A model generated the notes under the pieces. The model was not told where the DNA came from. It saw only the letters and a program-made list of their open reading frames with translations, and ran no database searches. Below are positions 27,536 to 36,787 of a stretch of 41,652 bases of DNA, in pieces; within the stretch, counting starts at the first letter, position 1, and each line of letters opens with the position of its first letter. This DNA is from a virus (taxonomy: Duplodnaviria; Caudoviricetes), in IMG/VR virus record IMGVR_UViG_3300044983_000068, positions 1 to 41,652 of that record. One strand, 5' to 3'. Position numbers and translations under genes: made by a program.

Positions 27536-27703
27536 CGGAATCTCCCGTGGGGCCAGAAGGTAAGTGCTGCTCTTCTTCCTCGAGCTTCGCGGCGCCGCCG
27601 TGGATCAGGTTGCCGATGTTCCTCAGGTCGTCTGAGTCTACGGGCTCGCTGACGAAGAGCTTCCATCGGATGCCCGAGTCGGTTTTTCCTACGGCTAGCT
27701 CGA

Positions 27704-27985
27704 TCATTTCGCGCTCCCGGAACATTCCACGGTTGGAGCACACCACATGTGCTCGGCCACTCGGTAGCAGTCCTCGCCGTGAAGGATGCGGGTGTACCGC
27801 GGATCGGTGCCGTAGCCGTGATCCGTGCGGAATTTATGCATGTAGGCGAGCATCGCTTCGCCATCCTGCTTCCGACTGAAGCGCACAGCCTTCAGGCTGT
27901 CACGGTCGAAGTTTCCATCGACACTCAGATACAGCGGCTCTGGGAACGGGGTGAATTCGATGAGCCATGCGGTTTCGTCAGCCAT
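27704..27985 (-). CDS. Hypothetical phage protein
   Basis: ETAWLIE...AVRFSRKQDGE...VAEHMW. AGGAG SD. Confidence 0.6.
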   Translation of the reverse strand: MADETAWLIEFTPFPEPLYLSVDGNFDRDSLKAVRFSRKQDGEAMLAYMHKFRTDHGYGTDPRYTRILHGEDCYRVAEHMWCAPTVECSGSAK

Positions 27986-28451
27986 CCGTACGTTCTCCTG
28001 CGCTGGGAGGTGCCAGCGGAAGCGCCAGCCACGACTCCACTGGCATGAACGTTTCGAACTCGCGATTAGCGCCGAACCTTCCGTCGCTCCACACCTTGGA
28101 AAACTGAACGTTCTCTTCGCTGTCGATCGCTACGGTAACCAGCACGTCAACCTTCGTGCAGCGGCGGATGAAGGTCTCGCCGCCGCTATCGACCTGAATG
28201 CGACGCTCGCCGAGCAACGCCTTGGCTTGATCGATATTCATGTGCGCTCTGATCCATTGGGATGTGCCGCACGGTCTGGGCGCTTCGCCTGTATCGACAG
28301 GATGAATTGCGCGAGCGCATCCCACTGCTCGGCTGACTCTATCAGTATCATTTTCGAAACCAATGGATCGCGCGCACCGATAAGCTGACTCAACGACTTG
28401 ATCAGCGTCGCCGTACGGATGGTCAATTCGAGATCCTGCTTCGATTCCACG

Positions 28452-28886
28452 CTAACCTCTCTCGCTCACAGCGCCTATGTCCTGCCATACCTGCTTCGAC
28501 ACGTTCTGGCCGAACACGCCGCCGTAGAAATAATCGCCCGGCCACGACAGGCTGCCCCCGTAGTAGCCGTTCGAATCGTTGCGGTAGTCGATGACGATCT
28601 CGCCGCGGTCCGTGCTGATCTTGCAGCCGTAGAACGCCAGCACCTCAGGTTCCTTGTGGAACGTGGACGGCACCGGGTTATCCGGCATGTTCAGATCCTC
28701 GACGGCCGTGACTAGCGCCGGGAAGCCGAGCGCAGGAAGCTCCACGTTCTCGACCCACGTGTAGGAGCAGCAATCGGCATCCACGCCCACGGCGATATCA
28801 CCGTCGGTGGTCTGGAACAGAAGTGCTTGACGGTCCTCGGCGATCTTCATTCCCGTGAGCGTCTTTCCAATCAAAACGTTCGTCAT
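28452..28886 (-). CDS. Hypothetical phage protein
   Basis: DADCCS...W...FYG..ISTDRG.IVIDYRNDSNGYYGG. Confidence 0.65.
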   Translation of the reverse strand: MTNVLIGKTLTGMKIAEDRQALLFQTTDGDIAVGVDADCCSYTWVENVELPALGFPALVTAVEDLNMPDNPVPSTFHKEPEVLAFYGCKISTDRGEIVIDYRNDSNGYYGGSLSWPGDYFYGGVFGQNVSKQVWQDIGAVSERG

Positions 28887-28910
28887 GACTTCATCCCCTT
28901 GTGCCTTGTG

Positions 28911-29378
28911 TTAGTCGCATCGTTCGCAGCGATTCAGGTGCGATACGCCGTGCGGGCAACGGCTCGTGCGCACGTGTCCAGTGATGCGCGGATCGCCGTG
29001 CGACTCCGCCATACTCATCTCGGGCGGGAACGTGATAGACGCAGGCACATCCTCAGTGACTTTACAGTTCTCGATTCGGCTGCTTCCTTCAGGCCAAACC
29101 CCATGAGCCTTGGCTAGCAGTTCATGAAGCCGCGCAACTTCCTCCACCGCGCAGTCCCGCTCGTGCTCGGCCTGAAGGCGCAACGTCTTTTCCAGATTCG
29201 GTCCGCTTCCTGGTATCACGTAAGCCACGCCAATCCGCATATCCAAGCGGATTTCCACGTACTTGCAGTTCCAGTTCTCAAGGATGAATTTGCCGCCGTC
29301 GTTCACGGCCATGCGCTCGCGCAGCCTCGGCAGCAGGTCATTCAGCGGCTGCCATTGATTAAGCAGCAAGTCAGACAC
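28911..29378 (-). CDS. Hypothetical protein
   Basis: Coupled ORF with C-terminal CPHG...CERC. Confidence 0.5.
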   Translation of the reverse strand: MSDLLLNQWQPLNDLLPRLRERMAVNDGGKFILENWNCKYVEIRLDMRIGVAYVIPGSGPNLEKTLRLQAEHERDCAVEEVARLHELLAKAHGVWPEGSSRIENCKVTEDVPASITFPPEMSMAESHGDPRITGHVRTSRCPHGVSHLNRCERCD

Positions 29379-29637
29379 GGACAGCCTCCATCACGACATT
29401 GGGCCCGTACCAGCCCGACGAATCGATGAACAGAACCCGTGCGCGCTTCATGTCGCGCATCTTGCTGGCGGCGGCCGTGAGTGCGCTCTCAGCGGAGCGG
29501 CGCTTGCCGGTGACCGTCTTCCAGCGGCGATGGCCTACCTTGCGCACCTGCCCGATGTAGTGGCCTCGGGCCCAGCAGATGTGGATGTGCTGGTCAGTGG
29601 AGAGCGGAGCGTTTACAGGTCTTCCGTCATTTCCCAT
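29371..29637 (-). CDS. Basic hypothetical protein
   Basis: ORF in the operon with likely ATG at 29637. Confidence 0.5.
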   Translation of the reverse strand: MGNDGRPVNAPLSTDQHIHICWARGHYIGQVRKVGHRRWKTVTGKRRSAESALTAAASKMRDMKRARVLFIDSSGWYGPNVVMEAVRV

Positions 29638-29789
29638 CGGTACTTCTCCATCACAACCCACCCAGCAGTTTCCAACTCCATCTCCAACCGGTGCGCTTTG
29701 GCGCAATGAATCTTGAGACCGTTGAGCGTTGCAAAGCCTCGTCCGCAGAACTCGCAGACTTCAAGGTCGGTGCCCTGCGGGTCATTCAT
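29613..29789 (-). CDS. 58-aa C2H2 zinc-finger microprotein
   Basis: MNDPQGTDLEVCEFCGRGFATLNGLKIHCAKAH... The start overlaps the upstream stop. Not in the ORF track. Confidence 0.65.
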   Translation of the reverse strand: MNDPQGTDLEVCEFCGRGFATLNGLKIHCAKAHRLEMELETAGWVVMEKYRWEMTEDL

Positions 29790-30022
29790 GTTGGCGGCTT
29801 CCAGTCAGTGACTTCTTTTCTGGCGATCTTGCCGATTTCGAGCAGCACCGTTTCAGCGGAATTTACGTCTTCCTCGCTGGCGTAACAGGCGAGCCAGTTG
29901 ATCCGATCAAGGCGTTTCCTTAGATCGTCGATCTCCTCGGCGGCATCGGCATAGATCGGATTTTCGAAGTGGCGTTTCACCTCGGCCAGATTTTTCAGCC
30001 GCTGCAGGATGTCTGTGCTCAT
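29786..30022 (-). CDS. Hypothetical protein
   Basis: TDILQRL...ADAAEEIDDLR, a pattern common in phage early genes. Confidence 0.6.
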   Translation of the reverse strand: MSTDILQRLKNLAEVKRHFENPIYADAAEEIDDLRKRLDRINWLACYASEEDVNSAETVLLEIGKIARKEVTDWKPPT

Positions 30023-30025
30023 GTT

Positions 30026-30193
30026 TCACTCCGGCTCATACTTGCCGCAGACACGGCAGACGTTGTTTTCATCGAGGTCGGGATCGTGCCCCTGTTCAGG
30101 CATATCGTCTGCGTCAGCGCATGCCTTACTACAGTAGCAGCCGGTCTTGATCGGCTTTCCACATGTGCCGCAGGTGTAGTTGACATCCGTCAT
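30026..30193 (-). CDS. 55-aa Cys-rich microprotein
   Basis: MTDVNYTCGTCGKPIKTGCYCSKAC...CRVCG. Coupled start. Not in the ORF track. Confidence 0.55.
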   Translation of the reverse strand: MTDVNYTCGTCGKPIKTGCYCSKACADADDMPEQGHDPDLDENNVCRVCGKYEPE

Positions 30194-30390
30194 TTCGGGT
30201 CCCCGTGTCCGTTAGGACAATCAGATTCGTGGATACCAAGATCCGCAAGTCCGCAGCACCACGAGCCATCGCTGCGCGTGAAATCACTGCTGAGATCGAT
30301 GAGCCGACCGCACGCAGGGCAGCGGTTCTCGTGCTCCTCGTCCGGGATAGGCTCTGGATCGCACCCGCAAAAGTGACTTTCTCCGGTCAT
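30190..30390 (-). CDS. Cys-rich microprotein
   Basis: HFCGC...CPACG...CCG...HESDC. Confidence 0.55.
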   Translation of the reverse strand: MTGESHFCGCDPEPIPDEEHENRCPACGRLIDLSSDFTRSDGSWCCGLADLGIHESDCPNGHGDPK

Positions 30391-31082
30391 GCCACTGACT
30401 CTTGGTTTCGTCGCGCTCGCTTCTCAGCGCGTCGCCGGTTCTGATACTCGCGACGCCAGGCAACTACCTCGGGCTTTCTCGCCGAGATGCGCTGACACGT
30501 CCGACAGTTCCGTTTGCCCTTACGATCGACATAGGTGTTCTCGGGGCTGAAGGGGTGGCCGTGGATGCACTCCGTTTTGTTCGCCTCAAGGTGCCTCCCC
30601 ATGGCGACGGTGTCCCGCGCGTTGTCCTTCATCGTGCCGACGTAGAGATGGTCATCGTTGACGCAGCCGTGATTGCCGCAGCGGTGACAGGCCATGAAGC
30701 CTTTGGGGATTGGCCGCCCCTTCAGGATCACAACGATTCGATGCGCGAACTGACCTAGCGTCCGGTGGTGAAGGATCACGTAGCCATCGTCGTTGTGGAA
30801 GACGCTCGGAACCTCAATGCAGCCGTTCTCGGCCACTACTGACTTGGCATCAAGCCGCGCAAGGTATCTCGCGTTGTATTCCGCGTCGGGCAGCATCTTC
30901 TTTTCGCGAAGCGACTTTGAGTAGCGGATCTCATCGGCGGTTACCTCTCCGCGCCACATGGCCCGCATGCATGCCCTGCGAACCGTGAAGAGCTTCATTC
31001 CAAAGTCGGCTGCGATCTTGGAGTACGAATCGCCAGCGACTCGGCGTTCGACAACTGCCTTGTTGCGGGGGCCAGTGCTCAT
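30387..31082 (-). CDS. HNH endonuclease with N-terminal HTH and C-terminal Zn/DNA-binding domain
   Basis: AHRIV...ACHRCGNHGCVNDDHLYVGTMKDN; KTECIHGHPFSPENTY...RNCRTC. Confidence 0.85.
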   Translation of the reverse strand: MSTGPRNKAVVERRVAGDSYSKIAADFGMKLFTVRRACMRAMWRGEVTADEIRYSKSLREKKMLPDAEYNARYLARLDAKSVVAENGCIEVPSVFHNDDGYVILHHRTLGQFAHRIVVILKGRPIPKGFMACHRCGNHGCVNDDHLYVGTMKDNARDTVAMGRHLEANKTECIHGHPFSPENTYVDRKGKRNCRTCQRISARKPEVVAWRREYQNRRRAEKRARRNQESVA

Positions 31083-31396
31083 TTCTTGCCCACCCCAACA
31101 AGGGCTTCGGGGATGTGTCGGCCAAACTGCACGACGCCGCGCTCGAGCAGCACAGCCTGAGTGCGAGCCATTCCTTCAAGGAGCGCGGTACGCCCATCGA
31201 TGCCGTGCGTGTCGACGTAGGAGTGACATGCTGAGCATCCCCAGGCACCGAGAAGGTCATTTGCCTTCATTCCCATGCCCGAGATGCCGGCCATCCGAAG
31301 GTGGCAGAGCACCGTCGTTGCCGGATCGCCGTTGCAGACACCCGGCATCCGGATCATGCAGGGCATACCGCGCGCCAACTTGCGGAGGTCGGTCAA
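31079..31396 (-). CDS. DUF1364/YbcO-like putative nuclease
   Basis: LRKLARGMPCMIRMPGVCNGDPATTVLCH...GMGMK..D..GAWGCSACH. Confidence 0.85.
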   Translation of the reverse strand: MTDLRKLARGMPCMIRMPGVCNGDPATTVLCHLRMAGISGMGMKANDLLGAWGCSACHSYVDTHGIDGRTALLEGMARTQAVLLERGVVQFGRHIPEALVGVGKK

Positions 31397-31854
31397 GCCG
31401 CACGCTCCTGGTGTTCGCTATGCATCGGGTCCGGATCAGGGATCACGAGCCCGAGCTTCATCGCGCTGAAGCGCTGGATGAAGGCAACGTATTCGGAGAA
31501 CACGTCGACTCCAAGGACCGAACGCTTGCCGTGCTCGTCGGTCGTCGTGGTCCGCACGGGGACCGATTCCACGCCTGAGGGGTTGCGTGGCGTCTTCGGA
31601 ACCTTCTTGTCCTTCCAGCCGAAGAAGCGCCCGAGAAAGTACTCGTGGACTTCTTCAACCTCGTAGCCGGTCGCTTCCGAAATGAGCTTGTACGGGACCG
31701 CCCACAGGTAGGCGTTCTGCGAGTGGCTGCGCTGGGACTTCACCGGTTCCGCGGTGATCTTCCAGGCTTCGTCAGGGTCGAGATTCGCGATGGCAAGCTG
31801 CGCGAGCTCTATGTAGCGCGGACTGCGGCCCTTTGGGATATGGATCGGCTTCAC
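31393..31854 (-). CDS. ninB: NinB/Orf-like recombination mediator
   Basis: RSHSQNAYLW...EEVHEYF...FSEYVAFI...VIPDP. GTG start at 31854. Confidence 0.75.
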   Translation of the reverse strand: MKPIHIPKGRSPRYIELAQLAIANLDPDEAWKITAEPVKSQRSHSQNAYLWAVPYKLISEATGYEVEEVHEYFLGRFFGWKDKKVPKTPRNPSGVESVPVRTTTTDEHGKRSVLGVDVFSEYVAFIQRFSAMKLGLVIPDPDPMHSEHQERAA

Positions 31855-32030
31855 GGTTGCACCTTTGCGTACGCGCCTTGAGCGTATGTCGCCCGCCATG
31901 CGCACCAGTACGTGATCCCCATGACCGCCGCCATGCCCTCCAGCGTGCGCTTGCGCTCGCGGATAGGCGTCGCCTTCCACTCACGCAGTTGGCGCACCTG
32001 TTCGTTGGTGAGGGCGCGGCGGCGGCTCAT
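31851..32030 (-). CDS. 59-aa HTH-like protein
   Basis: MSRRRALTNEQVRQLREW...TLEGMAAVMGIT..., coupled at both ends. Not in the ORF track. Confidence 0.55.
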   Translation of the reverse strand: MSRRRALTNEQVRQLREWKATPIRERKRTLEGMAAVMGITYWCAWRATYAQGAYAKVQP

Positions 32031-32770
32031 GCTGGCTCAGGCTCACGCGAAGCGCGGTTGGTGTTCGGAACCTTCTCTCGCTCGATGGCCGCTTTGATCT
32101 CCCGCCGCTCCGGGGCGGTGAGCAACCACCACGCTTCCGCGTATAACGCCTGATCGTCCGCGTTAGCCTTGCGGTGGACTTCAGCGATCTTCTTGTCATC
32201 ACCTCCCTTTAGGGAGGCCTTGAAGGTTGACGCGAGCAGTTTTGCTGACGTGCTTGGCTCCTTCTGTGCCGGCTTGCCGCGGCCGTGGGCAGCCTCAGCA
32301 TCGTCATCGACCTGGTAGACGCCGGCCATCGCCGCAAGGGCGTAGCGCCGCGCGTACGTGATTGCAGAGCCAATGCCCTGAGGGCTGGCGTCCTTCGACT
32401 TCATATCGAGTTCGCTCTCAATCCACTGGTCGCTCGAGTGCGCCAGGAGCGTGGTCACCGTAACGATGTCGCCGCGCGAGGATGGCATTTGGAAGACCGC
32501 GATCTCGTTCATCGACAGTGGCGTACGGCAGTCATCCCAGACGCTACCGAGGTCGGCATACTTGGATTTGAAGAACGGGTTGTCAGCATCCTTCAGCGCG
32601 CCAGTCATCGCGCCTTGCGCCTTCGACATCGCCAACGCGATCTTCCCGAATGAGGAAGATCGGCGAGTCCGATAGCTGACCAGGATGGCTGGCGTTTCGG
32701 CTGGCGTCGGAACTGGCCACTCCCCATCGCCATCTTCAGGGGGCGTGTATTGCATGCTTGCTTCGTTCAT
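32027..32770 (-). CDS. erf: ERF-family single-strand annealing protein
   Basis: NPFFKSKYADL...TTLLAHSSDQWI...PQGIGSAITYARRYALAAMAG...DDDA. Confidence 0.92.
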   Translation of the reverse strand: MNEASMQYTPPEDGDGEWPVPTPAETPAILVSYRTRRSSSFGKIALAMSKAQGAMTGALKDADNPFFKSKYADLGSVWDDCRTPLSMNEIAVFQMPSSRGDIVTVTTLLAHSSDQWIESELDMKSKDASPQGIGSAITYARRYALAAMAGVYQVDDDAEAAHGRGKPAQKEPSTSAKLLASTFKASLKGGDDKKIAEVHRKANADDQALYAEAWWLLTAPERREIKAAIEREKVPNTNRASREPEPA

Positions 32771-33590
32771 TTCGGCTCTCCATGGTATCGATTGGTGCGT
32801 TCCCACAGCGTTTCGCGCGGGACGCGGATGTTCGGTTTCTTGGCCGGCCCCTTCTTCACCTCGTGATGGATGAGCACCACGAGCGTGCAGACCAGGAGGA
32901 CGGCGCCCATAGCGCCCGCCATGGCGATCTCGATGTCATCCATGGTCTGTACCTGCACTTGTTTTCGGATGTCGCGGAATCTCGTGCGGCCCATCGTGGT
33001 CTGGCTCCAGAACGCACAGACCGTACGCGCCGCCCCAGCCGCATGTGGCTTTCTGATGTCGCGCATCCTCCGTAGCTTCCGCCGCTCGCGCCTCGGGGCT
33101 GCACAGGCAATGCGGGAACATCGTGCAGACGTTGCGGGCCGCGACCTTGTAGTGGCCCGGACACTCCGCAGGCGTCTCGTCAGTAACCTCCACGACGCGA
33201 TACCGCTTCCCATCAGAAGCCGTGAACTCGCCCTCGGGCCACAGCGGCATGGGCTTGGCGACACCGATGGCGGCAATCATCTGATGAGCGGCTGCGACGA
33301 CTCTCGGATCTGCTCCGCGCATCTTGTTCGGGTTGATCGGCAAGAACACACGCCGAATCAGATGCGCAACATCCGCCTTCAGCGTTACGTATAGCTGCTG
33401 GTTTGAGGGGACTGATCGGTCGCTCACGGCTTCTCACCTCGCGCTATACGGTCGATGATTCGGTAATACTCGCCGTTGGCGCTATTTGGCCCACGAGCCC
33501 CACGGACATCGAGGACGATGCAATTGGCCATGCTCGCGTCACGGTAGACGCGATGGCAGGCGAGGCGTAACGCCATGCGTGCGAGCCCGA

Positions 33591-33958
33591 TCATTTCGGC
33601 ATCTCAAGTGCGGCCTTGTCGCGCAGAACCTTGATGCGGTGTTCGTTCCAGAAACCGCGCACACCCATGGCTCCGTCCGCATCGGTGATCTGGTCTGCCA
33701 CCATTTCGAACCAATCCTTGTATCCGTCGTAAGTGAGCATCCCGTGCGTCCACATCTTTTGCTCATCGGTGAGCAACGCGTACGTCTGCTCGCGGGACAG
33801 TCGCTTCCAGGTATCCCCGTCGTTAGCGAGAGCCTGGACATACGCGAGCGCTATCCACTCGATCTCGCTCTTTGCCCATCGCGAGCACATCGGTTGCCCA
33901 AGCTGCACGAAGAAGCTGGGCGGGATGGCCTGCTGGTCATTGGGGAGTGACTCAGCCA
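33591..33958 (-). CDS. Hypothetical protein
   Basis: MAESLPNDQQ..., a coupled ORF. Confidence 0.5.
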
Positions 33959-34362
33959 TTGGAGCGGCCCTCCGCCTTGGCAATGATTTCGCGAATGTCG
34001 GCGCACTCGTGACATTCATAACGAGTTGGCTCAACGTCGTTCGGGCCATATCCGGTTATGCCGTCGCCTTCGTAGGAATACCCGCGGCCGTGGCACTCAG
34101 CACATTCGCTGGCGTAACGCTTTACGAGCGCCAGGAGCACGGGGGCGGCGGCCATCACGCGCGCATTGGCTTCGGCTTCCGCCGGACTGATGTAGCCGGG
34201 AAGCGTAGGAATTTCCCCCTCATCGGAGTAAGCGCTTGCAATGAGCAGCGGGTTCCCCGCATCTTGGATCTGATAGTCGAGCGCGATATCTAGCGCTCGA
34301 TTGCTCATCGCGGCTTCCACGCACCACGGCCCGCGCGTATGCGCTACAAGGTCGTCAGTCAT
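33952..34362 (-). CDS. 'HTPGPW...ANARLIAAAP' family protein, paralog 1
   Basis: HTRGPW...EANARVMAAAPVLL with C-terminal CAEC...CHEC. Confidence 0.7.
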   Translation of the reverse strand: MTDDLVAHTRGPWCVEAAMSNRALDIALDYQIQDAGNPLLIASAYSDEGEIPTLPGYISPAEAEANARVMAAAPVLLALVKRYASECAECHGRGYSYEGDGITGYGPNDVEPTRYECHECADIREIIAKAEGRSNG

Positions 34363-34643
34363 GACGCGCGCTCCAGGCAGTCGAGGACGTCGAGCTCGGA
34401 CAGCGCGGCTTCGATCCGATCGCGTTGTTCGATGTTCTCGCGCCGCTGACGCATCAGGTCGATGCGCAGCTGTTCGCGATCCTGCTCGAGCGCGATGGCG
34501 GACAGGCGTGCCTGCTGCATTGCCTTGACTCCGGCCTCGGGCACACGCTTCACGGCGGCTCGCACGTCCTCGTCCTCGATCCAGAACGCGCGGTTCAGAA
34601 ACTCTGAAATGCTCATACGAAGGCACCTCGTTCGCGGTCCCAC
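34359..34643 (-). CDS. Coiled-coil hypothetical protein
   Basis: Coupled ORF. Confidence 0.5.
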   Translation of the reverse strand: MGPRTRCLRMSISEFLNRAFWIEDEDVRAAVKRVPEAGVKAMQQARLSAIALEQDREQLRIDLMRQRRENIEQRDRIEAALSELDVLDCLERAS

Positions 34644-35047
34644 TGGACCTTGCAGAAGCAGATGAAGCGCTGCGCTTTGGCGAAGGCTTCCAGGTTGTTG
34701 TCGTCATCTTCGGGCATGGAGCGGCCCAGGTCGGCGTAGTAGCTCCTCAGCGCCTCGTCGTTGTCGCGAGACCAGAGGAAGAACGTCGCGGTGTGCGTGT
34801 TGTTGTAGACAGGCCGCGTAACCGTGAACGGCAGTGGCTTCAGCAGCGCGTTCACGGCGTCTCCCCATCTTCCAGACGACGCAGGATGTGGTAGTACTCG
34901 ACGCTCGCCTTCGTCTGCGCTTCGACCTGATCTCGCGGCACGGGTTTGTTGAGGATCGCGGCGCCCCACACCCGAAGCTGCGCGAGCTTCCACACCATGA
35001 GCGCGAGGTTGATTGACGGCGGTGCGTTCACTTGAGCTGATCCTCAT
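34613..35047 (-). CDS. Hypothetical protein(s)
   Basis: ORF in the operon. The true start is uncertain. Confidence 0.4.
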   Translation of the reverse strand: MRISSSERTAVNQPRAHGVEARAASGVGRRDPQQTRAARSGRSADEGERRVLPHPASSGRWGDAVNALLKPLPFTVTRPVYNNTHTATFFLWSRDNDEALRSYYADLGRSMPEDDDNNLEAFAKAQRFICFCKVQWDRERGAFV

Positions 35048-35756
35048 CCGAGAGGAGCTCTACTCGCTGGATTGCTCGCCCGATGAGCTCCGCGATCGTC
35101 GGCGTGAGCGCGTTTCCGAGGCCATGCAGTCGGTCCATCCGCTGGGGAAGCACATCATCCATTCCCAGAGGCGGGGCATAGTCCTCGGGACGTTCGCTTG
35201 ATAGCGGGCGTACGCTGGCCACTGCTTGGCCATGCTCGGCGCGTCGTGGTTCGCCGTTTCCGTTGGCGTGGGCCAGCCAGATGAAACGAACCCGGCCACG
35301 CTGTCTCTGTGGTAACGCAGTATCGAGATCGAACGGCCAGACGGAGTAGCCAGCGTCCTCAAGATCACGCGACACCCGGTCAACGCCGTCATATCCGATT
35401 CCAGGGACGTTCTCAGCTGCCACCCAATCGGGTCGGCATTCTCGGACAAGGCGGAGGAACTCTGGCCACAGGTCGACAGCGACGCGCCTACCGCGTGAGG
35501 CGGAACTGTGCGGTTGGCAGGGGAAGCCTCCGGCGATGAGCTCGACTCGCTCACCCAATCGATCTGCAGTGAGTTCGTAGACATCGTCGTACAGGGGCAC
35601 CTCAGGCCAGTGATGGCGCAGCACGCGTTGGCAGTCGGGGTTGTTCTCGCAGAACGCGATCGTTTCGAACCCCGCGCGCTCGAGGCCGAGGCTGAATCCA
35701 CCGATGCCCGAGAAAATATCCAGGCACGACATGGCTTCTACGGATGTGCCAGTCAT
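35028..35756 (-). CDS. DNA (cytosine-5) methyltransferase, alpha polypeptide
   Basis: Motif I DIFSGIGG, IV GGFPCQ, VI ENV, VIII Q.R.R, X LGNA. No motif IX in this frame. Confidence 0.9.
   Translation of the reverse strand: MTGTSVEAMSCLDIFSGIGGFSLGLERAGFETIAFCENNPDCQRVLRHHWPEVPLYDDVYELTADRLGERVELIAGGFPCQPHSSASRGRRVAVDLWPEFLRLVRECRPDWVAAENVPGIGYDGVDRVSRDLEDAGYSVWPFDLDTALPQRQRGRVRFIWLAHANGNGEPRRAEHGQAVASVRPLSSERPEDYAPPLGMDDVLPQRMDRLHGLGNALTPTIAELIGRAIQRVELLSDEDQLK
35060..35392 (-). CDS. Nested alternative-frame beta polypeptide of the C5 MTase (start uncertain)
   Basis: The overlapping frame is open from 35701 to 35060 and encodes WPTPT and PRLWEWMMCFPSGWTD (motif IX-like). Confidence 0.7.
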   Translation of the reverse strand: MTALTGCRVILRTLATPSGRSISILRYHRDSVAGFVSSGWPTPTETANHDAPSMAKQWPAYARYQANVPRTMPRLWEWMMCFPSGWTDCMASETRSRRRSRSSSGEQSSE

Positions 35757-36142
35757 GGCTGCACCCCCTCCGCTCTGGCGATCGCGAGGCGCGCGAGCTT
35801 GATGCCGGGCATATGGTCCATGTGACCTTCGTCCCAGCCTTCCGGCATCAGCGCCTTGCAGGCCGCAAGCAACTCCGGCGCGGCGGCGATCAGGCGGGCG
35901 TTCGCTTCAGCCTCATCCGGACTGATGAAGCCGGGTGTGCCGACTTCCTGCGGCTCATCGCTGTACACGCTGGCGACAAGCACGGGGCTGCCAGCTTCAG
36001 GGACCTCATAGTCGAGCGCGATGTCGAGCGCCCGATTGCTCATCGCGGCTTCGACACACCACGGGCCGCGCGTGGGCTGAACTCTGGTTTCTTGGGACCG
36101 GGTATCAGCCACGGCGGCTCTCCTTGCCCTTCGCATATCCAA
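35753..36142 (-). CDS. 'HTPGPW...ANARLIAAAP' family protein, paralog 2
   Basis: PTRGPWCVEAAMSNRALDIALDY...EANARLIAAAPELL. Confidence 0.7.
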   Translation of the reverse strand: MDMRRARRAAVADTRSQETRVQPTRGPWCVEAAMSNRALDIALDYEVPEAGSPVLVASVYSDEPQEVGTPGFISPDEAEANARLIAAAPELLAACKALMPEGWDEGHMDHMPGIKLARLAIARAEGVQP

Positions 36143-36277
36143 GGCGGTACGCGGCGCGAATCAGTGCCTCCACCTCATCGCGGAAGCCGAAGCGAACGAT
36201 GATCTGGGTCGGCGCGGTCTGCTGCGCGATGAACGCAGCAAGCGTGGACTTCCTTTTTGCCTGAGAGCGTTCGGTGC

Positions 36278-36481
36278 TCATAGCGTCGCTCCGCAGCCGC
36301 CACAGGCAGGGCAGGCGATGACCGCGTATCCGTGCGGGTTGATGGCGGCAAGCTCGCCCTTGCCTTTGCAGCGCTCGCAGGGCGGCGCGCAGTCTTCAGC
36401 AGTCTTCGGGCCATCAGGGCAGAAGCATTCGCCCGGGCCGCACCAACTACATGAGCTGGCCTTCTCTTCCCTGGAAGTCAC
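36278..36481 (-). CDS. DnaJ-type Zn-finger microprotein
   Basis: CERCKGKG...CPACGGCG. Confidence 0.55.
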   Translation of the reverse strand: MTSREEKASSCSWCGPGECFCPDGPKTAEDCAPPCERCKGKGELAAINPHGYAVIACPACGGCGATL

Positions 36482-36642
36482 GAGCGCACCGCCCGCTCCA
36501 GCATCTGATCAATATCCTCAGGTGTCAGAGGGCGCGTTATCCGCGCTATGACGCGCGATACGCATGCGTCGTCGAGCTGGCGCTGGAAGCGGTACACACC
36601 GCTCTCTGTGAGGTCCTGCGCGGTCGTCTGATTGATGCCCAT
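36478..36642 (-). CDS. First gene of leftward operon (54 aa)
   Basis: GGAGG SD, then MGINQTTAQDLTESGVYRFQRQLDD... The stop overlaps the next start. Confidence 0.55.
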   Translation of the reverse strand: MGINQTTAQDLTESGVYRFQRQLDDACVSRVIARITRPLTPEDIDQMLERAVRS

Positions 36643-36684
36643 CTGTCTGCCCTCCGACTCCGTGCGAGGAGTCCATGGGCAGAG

Positions 36685-36728
36685 AGTCTATGGACGAATC
36701 GTCCAAGTCGTCAAGGATTATTTATCCA
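36685..36728 (-). promoter_or_regulatory. pL promoter with operators OL1/OL2
   Basis: TTGACG-18-TAGACT on the minus strand. Palindrome TGGACgaatcGTCCA (36691-36705) lies in the spacer, with related aGGATtatttATCCA at 36714-36728. Confidence 0.75.
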
Positions 36729-36787
36729 AACTTCGGGCGCGCGAAAGAGCCGTGATGTAGTTCACGGCGGCTCAATCGGTTAGGAGA

